DNA from: Candidatus Neptunichlamydia sp.
GTDB lineage: Bacteria > Chlamydiota > Chlamydiia > Chlamydiales > Simkaniaceae
Assembly: GCA_965233865.1 (NCBI GenBank)
Contig: OZ247587.1
Span: 352,001 to 416,000, forward strand
Direction: 5' to 3'
Length of the DNA stretch: 64,000 nt
Numbering within the stretch: position 1 is the first letter of the stretch; every line of letters starts with the position of its first letter. Under the pieces are notes generated by a model. That model searched no databases. It was not told the origin of the DNA and worked only from the letters and a program-made list of their open reading frames with translations. Below, one piece after another: positions 33,014-43,020 of this stretch. A program made the position numbers and the translations under genes.

Positions 33014-33295
33014 TTTGTTATATATTTTCGATTATTAAAAGGTTGGGTATTCTAGTTCTCTTTGCCTAATTCATTCTTTGTTTTCTAGTCTTCTTTCCAC
33101 TAGAGCCGTCACTTGATAGATCTGTCCTATTAAAGGAAACTATTGAAAAGCAAAATGCTACGGTAAAAGAAGAGTTCAGCCAAAAGCCTGTGATAGATAA
33201 CAACGCATTGAATATTCCAGAGAAAGAGCAAGCTTCGTTTTCGTCACAAGCGGCCGATAAAGCATAGCAAACAGCGTATTTTTCATCGTGTATAA

Positions 33296-33877
33296 TCAGT
33301 TTATAGCTGCAGGAAAGCCGACAACAGCTTCATAACAGAGCATAAGGTGATCAACGCCGTTCATAGCTTTGTGTGGCTCTGCCTCAGTAGAGAGGTCAAG
33401 AGCTTCAGCGATTTTGTTTTTAGAGATGCCTGTATCCCAGGGGGAGGGACCTTTTCTACTGAGACATTTCATCCAATACATCGAGGCTAAATCGAGCCAA
33501 TGATAGGGCCAGTTGAGCTCTTCTTGGACGTCTGCATCGATAAGCTGTGTAAAAAAAGCGCGGTCAAATGAAGGGTTCTGGCAGATAAACACTGCGTTGC
33601 CTCTTTTGATACCCCACCGTTTGAAGGAAATCTTTACTTCTTCAACAACCTCTTGGAGCGGCATTCCATCCTTTAGATCATTCCAGGTAAAGCCATTAAC
33701 TTTGAGACTCTCGGGATCACTTTTTTTCCACTCTTCAAAGAGAATATGGATGAGGGTTTCGAAAGCTTCAAGGGTTTCGCCACTCTCCACATCAACAATT
33801 TTGTAAGCAAGCTCGCAGATATGGTGTTTGTGGGCATTAAGACCGTTGGTTTCTGAGTCTAAAAATATACCGAGCAC
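33296..33877 (-). CDS. DEDDh 3'-5' exonuclease
   Basis: FLDSETNGL, QNPSFD, HKAMNGV; GTG start with GGAG RBS. Confidence 0.85.
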   Translation of the reverse strand: MLGIFLDSETNGLNAHKHHICELAYKIVDVESGETLEAFETLIHILFEEWKKSDPESLKVNGFTWNDLKDGMPLQEVVEEVKISFKRWGIKRGNAVFICQNPSFDRAFFTQLIDADVQEELNWPYHWLDLASMYWMKCLSRKGPSPWDTGISKNKIAEALDLSTEAEPHKAMNGVDHLMLCYEAVVGFPAAIN

Positions 33878-34086
33878 ATCAATCTCCCAATCGCTAGCGA
33901 GCAATTATACAGTTGCTCAAATAAAATTCACACATTAATTGGAAGGAAAAAATTTGTAAATAGGTAAATATTGTTTCTTAATTACTGTAGGAAGCAAGAG
34001 TTGGTCACTGGTAGCTTCTCGGTAGGGCCAAATCTAAGAGAGTTTGAGGACTCTCTTTTATCCTCCATATAAACCCCTTTTCTTTC

Positions 34087-34116
34087 TTGACGAAAACCGC
34101 TTAAAAAGATTAAATT
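34087..34116 (+). promoter_or_regulatory. Promoter of tRNA-Leu
   Basis: TTGACG, 17-18 bp spacer, then TTAAAT/TAAATT just upstream of the tRNA. Confidence 0.5.
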
Positions 34117-34132
34117 GGATCTTTTATCACCT

Positions 34133-34214
<82 letters not shown>

Positions 34215-34258
34215 ACTTTTTCAATACAAACCCAATTAAATAATTTCTGCAAATCAGC

Positions 34259-34672
34259 TCATTTTTTTTCATAGACAGGATAGACGTGAAACCCTTCTTC
34301 ATTCATGGAATAGATGAGCTTAGCAATAGGTTGCCACTCGGCGTGTTTGTCGATATGGAGGAGGATATGTGTTTTTTGATGTTTATTGAGCTCCTGCTTG
34401 ATTGTTTCGATGTCATCAAGAATGAAACTTTCTTTTGCATCAAGTAACTGATATTCCCCATTGGGAGAGATACTAAGGCTTACAGTCTGGTTGGCGTGAT
34501 GCTCAGAGGTTTTCGCGTTTCCAGTTGCTTCAACAAGGGAGAGGTGGGAGTCAAAAAGTGCTTTTCTTGAGATGGCAATTACAGCGAAGATCGCAATGAC
34601 GATAAAGAGAAAGTCGACCATTGGTGCGAAATTTATCGTGGGTTTTGGTGCAAGCTCATCATCGGGGATCAT
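34259..34672 (-). CDS. exbD: ExbD/TolR family protein
   Basis: INFAPMVDFLFIVIAIF, LHIDKHAEWQ. Confidence 0.88.
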   Translation of the reverse strand: MIPDDELAPKPTINFAPMVDFLFIVIAIFAVIAISRKALFDSHLSLVEATGNAKTSEHHANQTVSLSISPNGEYQLLDAKESFILDDIETIKQELNKHQKTHILLHIDKHAEWQPIAKLIYSMNEEGFHVYPVYEKK

Positions 34673-35285
34673 GAAAAAGGGTTCCTGCAAATTGCATCGC
34701 TTTGTTTTCGACGGATGTCATGGAGCGGATGAGTCGAAATTTTAGGAAGGTATAAAGCAGCATTGCAAGAATGGCTACGATGAGCCCTGCAACGGTGGTT
34801 CCTACAGAAATGCCTAGACCATCAAAAAGCGTGGAAAGAGATTCCATAGAGCGGTTGAGGTCATAGAAGGCGTAGAACATTCCGGTGACTGTTCCCAAAA
34901 GACCAAGCATCGGAGCAAGGACGGCAATGTCGTTAAGAAGAGTGATTTTTTGCCAGAAGGGAGCAGATCCTCGTTTTCCCGCGGTTTTCATGGCATCAAG
35001 AATTCCTTGATTCCCTAAAGGGCGGGAGATGATTCCTGCTGCGACCATTTTAGAAAAGAGGGAAGGGTTTTCATCGCATAGAGCTAGGGCTTTTTCATAA
35101 TTTTGCGATTGAAGCATCTGCCCGATGGCTCCTTGAGTATTTTTCGGTAATATTTTTGAAGAGCGCGCTGTCAAAAGGATATAGAGGGCGATCATTACAG
35201 TGCATATAGAAAGAAGAGCGAGGGTCGTATAGATCCATGGAGCCGCTGAGAAAACCTGGGTTAGATCAATATTTATAGATTCCAT
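34659..35285 (-). CDS. exbB: MotA/TolQ/ExbB proton channel
   Basis: LAPMLGLLGTVTGM, TTVAGLIVAI. Confidence 0.9.
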   Translation of the reverse strand: MESINIDLTQVFSAAPWIYTTLALLSICTVMIALYILLTARSSKILPKNTQGAIGQMLQSQNYEKALALCDENPSLFSKMVAAGIISRPLGNQGILDAMKTAGKRGSAPFWQKITLLNDIAVLAPMLGLLGTVTGMFYAFYDLNRSMESLSTLFDGLGISVGTTVAGLIVAILAMLLYTFLKFRLIRSMTSVENKAMQFAGTLFHDPR

Positions 35286-35369
35286 AGTAACTCAATTTTT
35301 TCCTGCATTCTAGCATATCCCATACTTTTTGGAAGCAATTTATTGAAGAGAATGCTAAAATTACTCCCT

Positions 35370-36014
35370 ATGAAACCGAAAGATTTACCTTATCCTTATG
35401 CCTGGAAAGAGCGCCGTCCTCTGCTTAAAGATAAGATTTTCTATGTCCCTAAATATTACCAGAAACACCAAAAAGAGTTATTTCCTAGTTTTTCTGAATA
35501 CTTTGGGAACGACAATTCTGTACACTTGGAGTATTGTAGTGGAAATGGAGAGTGGGTTATCCAGCGTGCTCAGGAAAATCCTGATAAGAACTGGGTAGCT
35601 GTCGAGATGTGGTTTGAAAGAGTAAGAAAAATCTACTCAAAAATAGTGAATTTTAGAATCAAAAATCTTTTGATTATTTCAGGAGAGGGGTTGACATTTT
35701 CTCAAGAATATCTGCCAGATCATTGTTTAGATGCAGTTTGTGTCAACTTTCCCGATCCTTGGCCAAAGAGTCGTCATGCCAAGCATCGAATCATTCAGCG
35801 CCCCTTTGTAGAAGAACTAAAGAGAACAGTAATCCATGAGGGGACTGTGACGCTTGTGACGGACAATAGCCCCTATAAAGATCAGATGGAACAAGAAATG
35901 CAGGAGTGGCCTAAGATTTCTGCTTCTCATGAAAACTATGGCTCTTCTTTTTTTGAGCGTCTTTGGCTCTCCAAGGGCCTAGAAATCCACCACATGTGTT
36001 ATGAGAACTGTTGA
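35370..36014 (+). CDS. trmB: tRNA (guanine-N7)-methyltransferase
   Basis: LEYCSGNG, NFPDPWPKSRHAKHRI, VTD. Confidence 0.93.
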   Translation: MKPKDLPYPYAWKERRPLLKDKIFYVPKYYQKHQKELFPSFSEYFGNDNSVHLEYCSGNGEWVIQRAQENPDKNWVAVEMWFERVRKIYSKIVNFRIKNLLIISGEGLTFSQEYLPDHCLDAVCVNFPDPWPKSRHAKHRIIQRPFVEELKRTVIHEGTVTLVTDNSPYKDQMEQEMQEWPKISASHENYGSSFFERLWLSKGLEIHHMCYENC

Positions 36015-36717
36015 CCATCGAGGGTTTTCATCCCTCCCTTCTTCCATTACTTTGATTGAACTTGATGCTTCGCTTTCTTCAGATTTGAAATGGGAAGTAG
36101 CCTCAGATGAGCCTCATCTTTTGTGGGAACTCGATTTCCAACTTGAGCAGATGAACCTGGCCCATCTTTCCTCTCATCAGCTAGCGGTGAAATGTTTTGC
36201 TGAATCAATTTGGGAGCTACACCAGGAATCGACTCTTGGAGTTATTCTCTATAAGGGTAAGGTTCCGGCTACTCCGCTCAATGAGTTTGCAGAATACTTG
36301 CACCATCTAGCTGCTTATCTTCCAGATGAAGTACCTCCTTTCGCTCTTTTCGATTGCATTGGCGATCCTCTCAAGTTTTCAAAGGAAATTTTCCCACATA
36401 TTCACTTAGGTTTTCGTTCAGGACCAATCGGCGCAATTAAATGGGAGGAAACTCTTATACCCCTGCGTTATAATGAATCATTGGGAGTTGTCCTTCCATT
36501 AAGGGAGAAGGGGCTTCGATTTGATGTAGTGGATAGATGCTTAGAGAAGCTCGATAGACCCTGCCGCTTGATTGCAGAACCTTATATTGCAGAAGAGTGG
36601 GATGAGCTTGATGAACTTCTGATCTTTCCTGATCATATTTCTTCATGGGGAATGCGCATGGTCCAAGGATTTGAAGCTGCTGGTGGTAAAATAACTCGTT
36701 ATAAAGAATCGGGGTAG
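36001..36717 (+). CDS. Hypothetical protein
   Basis: 238-aa ORF overlapping the trmB stop; its 3' end overlaps the tRNA-Pro 3' end by 9 nt. Confidence 0.7.
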   Translation: MRTVDHRGFSSLPSSITLIELDASLSSDLKWEVASDEPHLLWELDFQLEQMNLAHLSSHQLAVKCFAESIWELHQESTLGVILYKGKVPATPLNEFAEYLHHLAAYLPDEVPPFALFDCIGDPLKFSKEIFPHIHLGFRSGPIGAIKWEETLIPLRYNESLGVVLPLREKGLRFDVVDRCLEKLDRPCRLIAEPYIAEEWDELDELLIFPDHISSWGMRMVQGFEAAGGKITRYKESG

Positions 36718-36783
36718 AGGGATTCGAACCCCCGGCCTTCTGCTCCCAAAGCAGACGCGCTAGCCAAGCTGCGCTATACCCCG
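36709..36783 (-). tRNA. tRNA-Pro (anticodon TGG)
   Basis: CGGGGTA...TACCCCGA acceptor stem, anticodon arm TCTGC-TTTGGGA-GCAGA, GGTTCGAATCC. Confidence 0.97.
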
Positions 36784-36799
36784 AACGGGAAAGTTACAA

Positions 36800-36828
36800 A
36801 TGGTAGCAATTAGGGGGATAATCAGCAA
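36800..36828 (-). promoter_or_regulatory. Promoter of tRNA-Pro
   Basis: Minus strand TTGCTG-17 bp-TACCAT, 16 bp upstream of the tRNA. Confidence 0.5.
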
Positions 36829-36867
36829 CATTTTTTGATGAAAAATTTAGAAAGATCTACTAACTTT

Positions 36868-37693
36868 CTACCCATAAGCCAAACATCTGATCTGAACCGC
36901 AGCCAAGAAAGAGGATGCGTGCTTAGCATAGTGTGTAGCAATTCCTCTCCATCGCTTCAAATGTAAAAAAGCATTTTCTACAAGATGTCTCAATTTATAG
37001 AGATGCTTATCATAAGCTCTCTTGCTTTTCCTATTTTTTCTGAGAGGGATAACCGCCTTCATTCCTTGAGAGATCGCTTGAGTTACGATTGCATCGCTGT
37101 TATAACCCCGATCTGCTAGTAGGTAATCGGCGTTAATTCCCTCTATTAGGTGTTTGGCCTGAAGGTAGTCTGATTGAGTACCTGACGTAATAATCGCTCT
37201 GATCGGCATACCATGCGAATCCACGGCCAAATGTAATTTCGTATTGAGCCCCCTTTTGTCCGAGCCATATCTTGATTACCACCTTGTGCACCTGCTGCGT
37301 GAGGGTGAACTTTGATATGGGTTGCATCGATCATTAACCACTCGTAATCAGGATCGTCCACTACTTTTTCCAGAAGAAGTTCCCAGACACCTTTATTCCT
37401 CCAACGGATAAAACGACGATGCACATTTCCCCAGTTCCCATAGTCTGGAGGTAAGTCACGCCATGGAGCTCCGGTACGAATAATCCAAAAAACCGCGTTG
37501 ATAAATCGCCGATTATCTTGTGCTACCCCTCCCCACACCCCTCTTCTTTCTGGAAGATAAGGCTCAAGTTTTTTCCAAATTCGACCTGACATATCGTGAC
37601 GTCTGTGCGCTGGTACGGTCATCTCTAAACCTCTCCTTGAAAGTTTAAGAAACCAGCTTAGCGCAAATTTAAACTTGTGTCTACACTATCTAG
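36868..37693 (-). mobile_element. IS5-family element, two-ORF transposase (37146-37622 and 36868-37230), right end lost
   Basis: DNRRFINAVFWIIRTGAPWRDLP, LMIDAT, LLADRGY, RHLVENAF; frameshift at AAAAGGGGG; left end next to CTAG at 37690-37693. Confidence 0.9.
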
Positions 37694-37975
37694 CGAAAAT
37701 TTTAAATGGGGAAATCTACTTATGGAATCGGTTAGCAGAGAGGCTGAAGCTATAGGATACCACTCTGAGACTTCAAAAGACGATGTAGCTGAACAATTAA
37801 AATCACTTGGCGCTCAAGCTTTGCTCTAAAGAGGATTGAAGAGGCCCGCCTCGAGCATCCGAAGGAAACCGATCATGCAAAGAAATATCTGTGTTAATAG
37901 GATAAAGCTACTTGCTGTTTATTTACTAAATAGGGCAATATCTCCCCCCTGTAATATGGTTAATATGGAGAAAGA

Positions 37976-39043
37976 ATGTCTGTAGAATCTGCAAATGGAG
38001 AAGGAGTTGATAATATCCCTTTGTTTGACGGGGAAATTGAGGTTAAGGATAAGGTCAGTGAAAAAATCACAGATTTTGCTATGCAGGTTATTCATTTAAA
38101 TTCATACCTTAGGCAGTCTCTAGAGCTTAATTTTGCTCCATTGCATTCTGGAGAATATGGACAGACCAGTTCTTTGATTCAAGAGGTTGTTGGTCGCATA
38201 GTCCGTTTTGTTATCTGTTTTCCGTCATGGATGGGAACATTGCCCTTCGTATCAGTAGCAGCAGCAATAACGGCTGTTGGTAATTTTTTTCACAACTCCC
38301 CATACAGAACTACTCATGGAACCTTCAGTGGAGAGATTAATAAAAGCCCTAAACTGTGTCTCTTGAATCCTAGAATGTTAACTGGGATCAGTCCTCAGAG
38401 AAATGCAGGAATTTCCGTTAGAAGTGACCGCTTCGATTGCCTTGTTTCAACGATTAGAGACAACAATCCCGATGTGGTTTTTTTTCCAGAAGTCAATCGC
38501 TTTAATGCTCCTAGTCTTGCAGCAAGTCTCAAAGAGGGATACCATTTTTTCTTCACAGGGATGGGTGAAAAAATACTGGGAGAAGACACCTCTTTCTTTA
38601 TTGCTTTCCGTGGAGCTCTATTGAAGTCTCCAGAATATGTTCCTTTCAGAAAACAGGATTGGTTGATGGAAAGGGGATATTTTATTATGGAAACTGAAGA
38701 AAGAATTTACGTCTGCACTTACAAGCCAACCCGCGAAGATTGGAACGAAATTTTCTCTCGTGAATTTGGGGATAAAAAGCAGGTTGTGTTGATGGGAGAA
38801 ATGGAGTCTGAAGACGGAGAAATCCTGCTCCAAAAGGGTTTTGTCTCTGGAATTTCTAAAGATGCTCAAACAACAACTTCTGTTCCTTATATGCACTATC
38901 ATAGCGTTGAAGAGGGGGAAAGCACTTCAATACCGCTTCTCTATTTTAGCAAAATGGAGGGAAAAACGGATGTGATTTCCATGCATGGACCTGAAAATGT
39001 TGCAGAGGCGCTATCAGATCACGCTCTAATCTTGCATAGATAA
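37976..39043 (+). CDS. Endonuclease/exonuclease/phosphatase (sphingomyelinase-like) fold protein, degenerate
   Basis: NPDVVFFPEV and terminal LSDHALI; N-terminal extension with a hydrophobic stretch. Confidence 0.6.
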   Translation: MSVESANGEGVDNIPLFDGEIEVKDKVSEKITDFAMQVIHLNSYLRQSLELNFAPLHSGEYGQTSSLIQEVVGRIVRFVICFPSWMGTLPFVSVAAAITAVGNFFHNSPYRTTHGTFSGEINKSPKLCLLNPRMLTGISPQRNAGISVRSDRFDCLVSTIRDNNPDVVFFPEVNRFNAPSLAASLKEGYHFFFTGMGEKILGEDTSFFIAFRGALLKSPEYVPFRKQDWLMERGYFIMETEERIYVCTYKPTREDWNEIFSREFGDKKQVVLMGEMESEDGEILLQKGFVSGISKDAQTTTSVPYMHYHSVEEGESTSIPLLYFSKMEGKTDVISMHGPENVAEALSDHALILHR

Positions 39044-39094
39044 TCCCATTTGGTATATCTATAAATTATTTACATGTATTAATTTGGAACAAAG

Positions 39095-40681
39095 ATGTCA
39101 GCATTCAATGAATATCATTCTGTCGAAACCTTACGCAAAATTGCCGAAAAACCCGTAGATCTTTCGAAAGGAGGATACCTCTGTCCTAAGCGGATGGAGG
39201 AGATGATGGTGGAATGCCTCAATCTCAAGCTTTTCTATGGAACGGAAAGGGTTAATGAAAAAACAATGGAGACTCTTTTTGAGCTAGCAAATGAAGCTGG
39301 TGTGCATGAGAAAATGCTTTCTATGCAAAATGGGGAAGTGATCAATAAGATCGAAGGATTTGAGAGTGAAAACCGCATGGTTCTCCATACTGCAATGCGC
39401 GATTTTTTTGATCGTCAAGCTGAAGGGGAGCAGGCGCGTCAAGCTGCAGCTCTTGCTTACGCCGAAATGGAGAAGTTGAAGAGCTTCCTTGACGGAATCG
39501 AAAAAGAAGACTATACCGATATGATTCAAGTAGGGATTGGGGGATCTGAGCTTGGGCCGAAAGCTATTTATCTCGCTTTAGAAGCCTTTAACAAACCTGA
39601 AAAGAGAGTTCACTTTATCTCGAATGTTGATCCTGATGATGTGGCAAATGTAATTCGCAGAGTGAACTTAAGCAAAACTCTTGTGGTGATCGTTTCTAAG
39701 TCAGGAACAACTCTTGAAACCCTAACAAATGAAGAGCTCATCCGAAAGAAATTTCAAGAGGAAGGACTTTCCCCAAAGAACCACTTTCTTGCCGTTACAG
39801 GAAAGGGAAGTCCTATGGATAATCCAGAAATATACCGCAAATCGTTTTATATTTGGGATTATGTCGGGGGGCGGTATTCCGCAACCTCGATGGTGGGGTG
39901 TGTAATGCTGGCCTTTGCTCTAGGAATGGAAAAACTCTTAGATTTTCTTCGTGGGGCTAATTCTATGGATAAAATAGCATTGGAGCAGGACCCAAAAAAG
40001 AATCTTCCCCTTCTTTCAGCGCTCTTGGGGATTTGGAACCATAACTTTTTGGGTCACCCCACCACAGCAATTATTCCCTACTCTCAGGCGATGTCTCGCT
40101 TCCCAGCTCATTTGCAACAGTGTGATATGGAATCCAATGGAAAGCGTATCGATAAACAGGGGAGACCAGTTGATTTTTGGACAGGGCCGATTATCTGGGG
40201 AGAGCCTGGCACCAATGGACAACATTCTTTTTATCAACTCATTCATCAGGGGACTATTGTCGTTCCTGTAGAGTTTATTGGTTTTGCAGAAAGCCAGTTT
40301 GGAGAAAACCTTTCTTTTAAAGGAACTACCTCTCAGGAGAAGCTTCTCTCAAACCTTTTTGCTCAGTCGATTGGTCTTGCAACTGGGCAAAAGAGTGACA
40401 ACCCCAATAAGGGATTCCCTGGAAACCGTCCTAACCGTGTCCTGATAGCTAAAAAATGTGATCCCTTTACTATGGGAGCTATTCTTTCCTATTTTGAGAA
40501 CAAAGTGGCTTTTCAGGGCTTTATTTGGGATATCAATTCCTTTGACCAAGAAGGAGTGCAGCTTGGGAAAGTCTTGGCAAATAAAATTATCGAACAATTT
40601 TCTAAGAAAAATAAAGAAGAGGAGTATGAAAAAGATTTCCCTCTTGGGGCTGTATACATTGACCACCTTAAGGGGCTCTAG
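39095..40681 (+). CDS. pgi: Glucose-6-phosphate isomerase
   Basis: GIGGSELGP, SKSGTTLET, VGGRYS, GTNGQHSFYQLIHQG, FDQEGVQLGK. Confidence 0.98.
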   Translation: MSAFNEYHSVETLRKIAEKPVDLSKGGYLCPKRMEEMMVECLNLKLFYGTERVNEKTMETLFELANEAGVHEKMLSMQNGEVINKIEGFESENRMVLHTAMRDFFDRQAEGEQARQAAALAYAEMEKLKSFLDGIEKEDYTDMIQVGIGGSELGPKAIYLALEAFNKPEKRVHFISNVDPDDVANVIRRVNLSKTLVVIVSKSGTTLETLTNEELIRKKFQEEGLSPKNHFLAVTGKGSPMDNPEIYRKSFYIWDYVGGRYSATSMVGCVMLAFALGMEKLLDFLRGANSMDKIALEQDPKKNLPLLSALLGIWNHNFLGHPTTAIIPYSQAMSRFPAHLQQCDMESNGKRIDKQGRPVDFWTGPIIWGEPGTNGQHSFYQLIHQGTIVVPVEFIGFAESQFGENLSFKGTTSQEKLLSNLFAQSIGLATGQKSDNPNKGFPGNRPNRVLIAKKCDPFTMGAILSYFENKVAFQGFIWDINSFDQEGVQLGKVLANKIIEQFSKKNKEEEYEKDFPLGAVYIDHLKGL

Positions 40682-41964
40682 TGCATAAGAAATCGATTGT
40701 TGCTTGGTGGACATGGAGTCTTGCTGTTCTCTTTTTATTTTATGAGTTTTTTGTCAGGGTCTATCCCTCTATCATGGTGAAAGAGCTAATGGGATCTTTC
40801 AAGGCAACAGCAGGGCAGCTTGGAACTTTGAGCGCCTTTTTCTTCTATGCTTATGCCCCAATGCAAATCCCTGTTGGGATTCTGATGGACCGCTATGGAG
40901 CGCGGAAGCTTCTTACTTTTGCAGCTCTTTTTTGCGGGGTTGGTAGTTTTTTATTTGGGATGGCTCAGACATTAGCTCCTGCAGAATTTGGTCGGTTCTT
41001 TATGGGAATTGGCTCCTCATTTGCTTTTGTAGGGATGATTTACGTTTGCTCTCATTGGTTTCCTGCAAAAAAATTGGCTCTTCTTGTAGGAGTGGGGAAT
41101 TCAATCGGAATGCTTGGTGCTGTTGGTGCTGAGGGTCCCCTAAGTTTTGCTGTCGAAAATTTTGGTTGGCGTATGACTGTCAATGTTTTTGGGTTTATCG
41201 GTCTTTTTCTTGCTGTAATTCTTTACGTGTTTATTCGAAAAGAGCCAGAAAAAAAGAAAATTGAGACGAAAAAAGCCTCAAGCGATCTTCTGCATAATTT
41301 AAAAACTGTCGCTTCTAATCCTCGAACATGGCTCAATGCAGCCATTGCTCTTCTTTTTTATATGACAACAGCTGCATTTGCCTCTCTTTGGGGTATTCCT
41401 TTCCTTATTGAAAGTTATGGAATTTCAAAAGATGTTGCAGGGTTTGCTGTTTCGATGATTTTTGTAGGTTGGATCATTGGAGGACCGATCATCGGCTTTA
41501 TTTCAGATCATTTCAGTAGACGAAAGCCTTTCCTTTATGCGGGCACCCTTCTTTGTTTAGCCTGTATTCTTCCTGTTATTTATATGGAGAACCTTCCCCT
41601 TTCACTCATCTTTATTCTTCTATTTCTTGTGGGATTCTTTCAAGCTGCTCAACTACTCAATTTCTCTTTGGGAATCGAGCTAAATCCTATTGAGGCAAAG
41701 GGGACTAGTATTGCAATTACCAATTTCTCTGTTGCAGCCGGAACTTCTCTCATGCAGCCTTTATTAGGAGTGCTTCTTGACCTTCGATGGTCTAGAGCAA
41801 TGAAAGACGGAATTCCAATCTACTCTCTAGAAGATTATCACTATGCAATGCTTAGTTTCCCGATCACCATTCTCCTCGCTTTCTTCCTTCTTTTTTTCCT
41901 TAAAGAGAAAAAACATGAACCCGATAAAATCTTCTGGAACAAAATTATAGGGATAGGTTCATAA
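40681..41964 (+). CDS. MFS transporter
   Basis: Motif A GILMDRYGARK, ISDHFSRRKP, about 12 hydrophobic segments. Confidence 0.92.
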   Translation: MHKKSIVAWWTWSLAVLFLFYEFFVRVYPSIMVKELMGSFKATAGQLGTLSAFFFYAYAPMQIPVGILMDRYGARKLLTFAALFCGVGSFLFGMAQTLAPAEFGRFFMGIGSSFAFVGMIYVCSHWFPAKKLALLVGVGNSIGMLGAVGAEGPLSFAVENFGWRMTVNVFGFIGLFLAVILYVFIRKEPEKKKIETKKASSDLLHNLKTVASNPRTWLNAAIALLFYMTTAAFASLWGIPFLIESYGISKDVAGFAVSMIFVGWIIGGPIIGFISDHFSRRKPFLYAGTLLCLACILPVIYMENLPLSLIFILLFLVGFFQAAQLLNFSLGIELNPIEAKGTSIAITNFSVAAGTSLMQPLLGVLLDLRWSRAMKDGIPIYSLEDYHYAMLSFPITILLAFFLLFFLKEKKHEPDKIFWNKIIGIGS

Positions 41965-42125
41965 TCCTTCAGATGGTATATTTTTTCTCAAAAACTAAAA
42001 AATCCCCCTTTTTGTAAATTGTTTTTTAGAAAAACTAGTAATTCAAAAGGAGGCTAATTGTTATAACCGATATCATAAAATTACATTTTCAATATAAATA
42101 ATTTCTAGTTTTGTACCGGAATCTA

Positions 42126-42812
42126 CTAAAACCATTGATCTTTAACGTTGTTAATAAGGGTTGATGGAACACAAGTAGTTCCTTTATCGTGTGGGAGGAC
42201 TTCAAGATCTGATAACATTTTCCCTACAATTGTTGTGCAATTCATAACTTGTGCAGGGGTTAATCTTGAAGTCTTTGAATAATTAGAGCTGGTCTTATTT
42301 ATGGCATAGTGAGTTACCTGGCTAATTTTCGGAAGCATTCCGTATAAAATTTCCCCTTTGTCTACTTTTTCATGGTGTTCATCGATAAACTTAAAAGCTC
42401 TTTCTGCCTGATCTTGTGTAATACTTAGTTCTATGGTATCTGTAGGTGGAATTTCTTCTCTTTTAATGTCTTCTTCTAAACTTTTCATCGCTTCCCCCGC
42501 ACATGGGAAAAAAGTAGAGAAGGGAGTCCCTCCAGCTATAGTCCCTGGCCACAAGGAGAGGTGGCTAACTGTTTCTTCACCCTGTTTAAGCGCTACAGCT
42601 ACATGCCCACATCGAGAGGTTTCATGGTCGGTTTTCCATCCATAGAATTCTATAGAATGCTTGCTATTTTCATCAAATTCTTTTTTGGAAACAGAATGTA
42701 CATCTTTTGCATTTTGGAGACAGGGTTCGATTTGATTCTGAGCAAAAAGGACAATTCCAACCAGCCCGGTACCAACCCTGAAAGCTCTTGATAATATTGT
42801 ATTAACAGTCAT
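42126..42812 (-). CDS. Hypothetical protein, permuted papain-like (His...Cys) candidate
   Basis: GHVAVAL...HLSLWP...MNCTTIV; paralog of 43021-43623; RBS GAGG. Confidence 0.65.
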   Translation of the reverse strand: MTVNTILSRAFRVGTGLVGIVLFAQNQIEPCLQNAKDVHSVSKKEFDENSKHSIEFYGWKTDHETSRCGHVAVALKQGEETVSHLSLWPGTIAGGTPFSTFFPCAGEAMKSLEEDIKREEIPPTDTIELSITQDQAERAFKFIDEHHEKVDKGEILYGMLPKISQVTHYAINKTSSNYSKTSRLTPAQVMNCTTIVGKMLSDLEVLPHDKGTTCVPSTLINNVKDQWF

Positions 42813-43020
42813 AATAAATACCTCTTTTTAGTTTTAATAATTAATGTAATTAATGTAATTAATATAATAACATTATTAATTATTTAATTAAAACTACAAT
42901 TATGTTTTATTTATTATCTCATTGATTATTAGTGTTAAGTGAGCTTTCCATAGAAAGCTCTTACGCTAAAGTTACTAAAAATGGTAAACTCTAAGAGAGT
43001 TTTAAATATTTTGTGTGGGT

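Noticed and set aside
33050..33270. Short open frame between holB and the exonuclease (LEPSLDRSVLLKETIEKQ...)
   Set aside because: No clear start or recognisable family; possibly a remnant but unsupported.
37694..37830. Short frame after the IS5 end (NFKWGNLLMESVSREAEA...)
   Set aside because: Too short to assign; may be a truncated gene tail.
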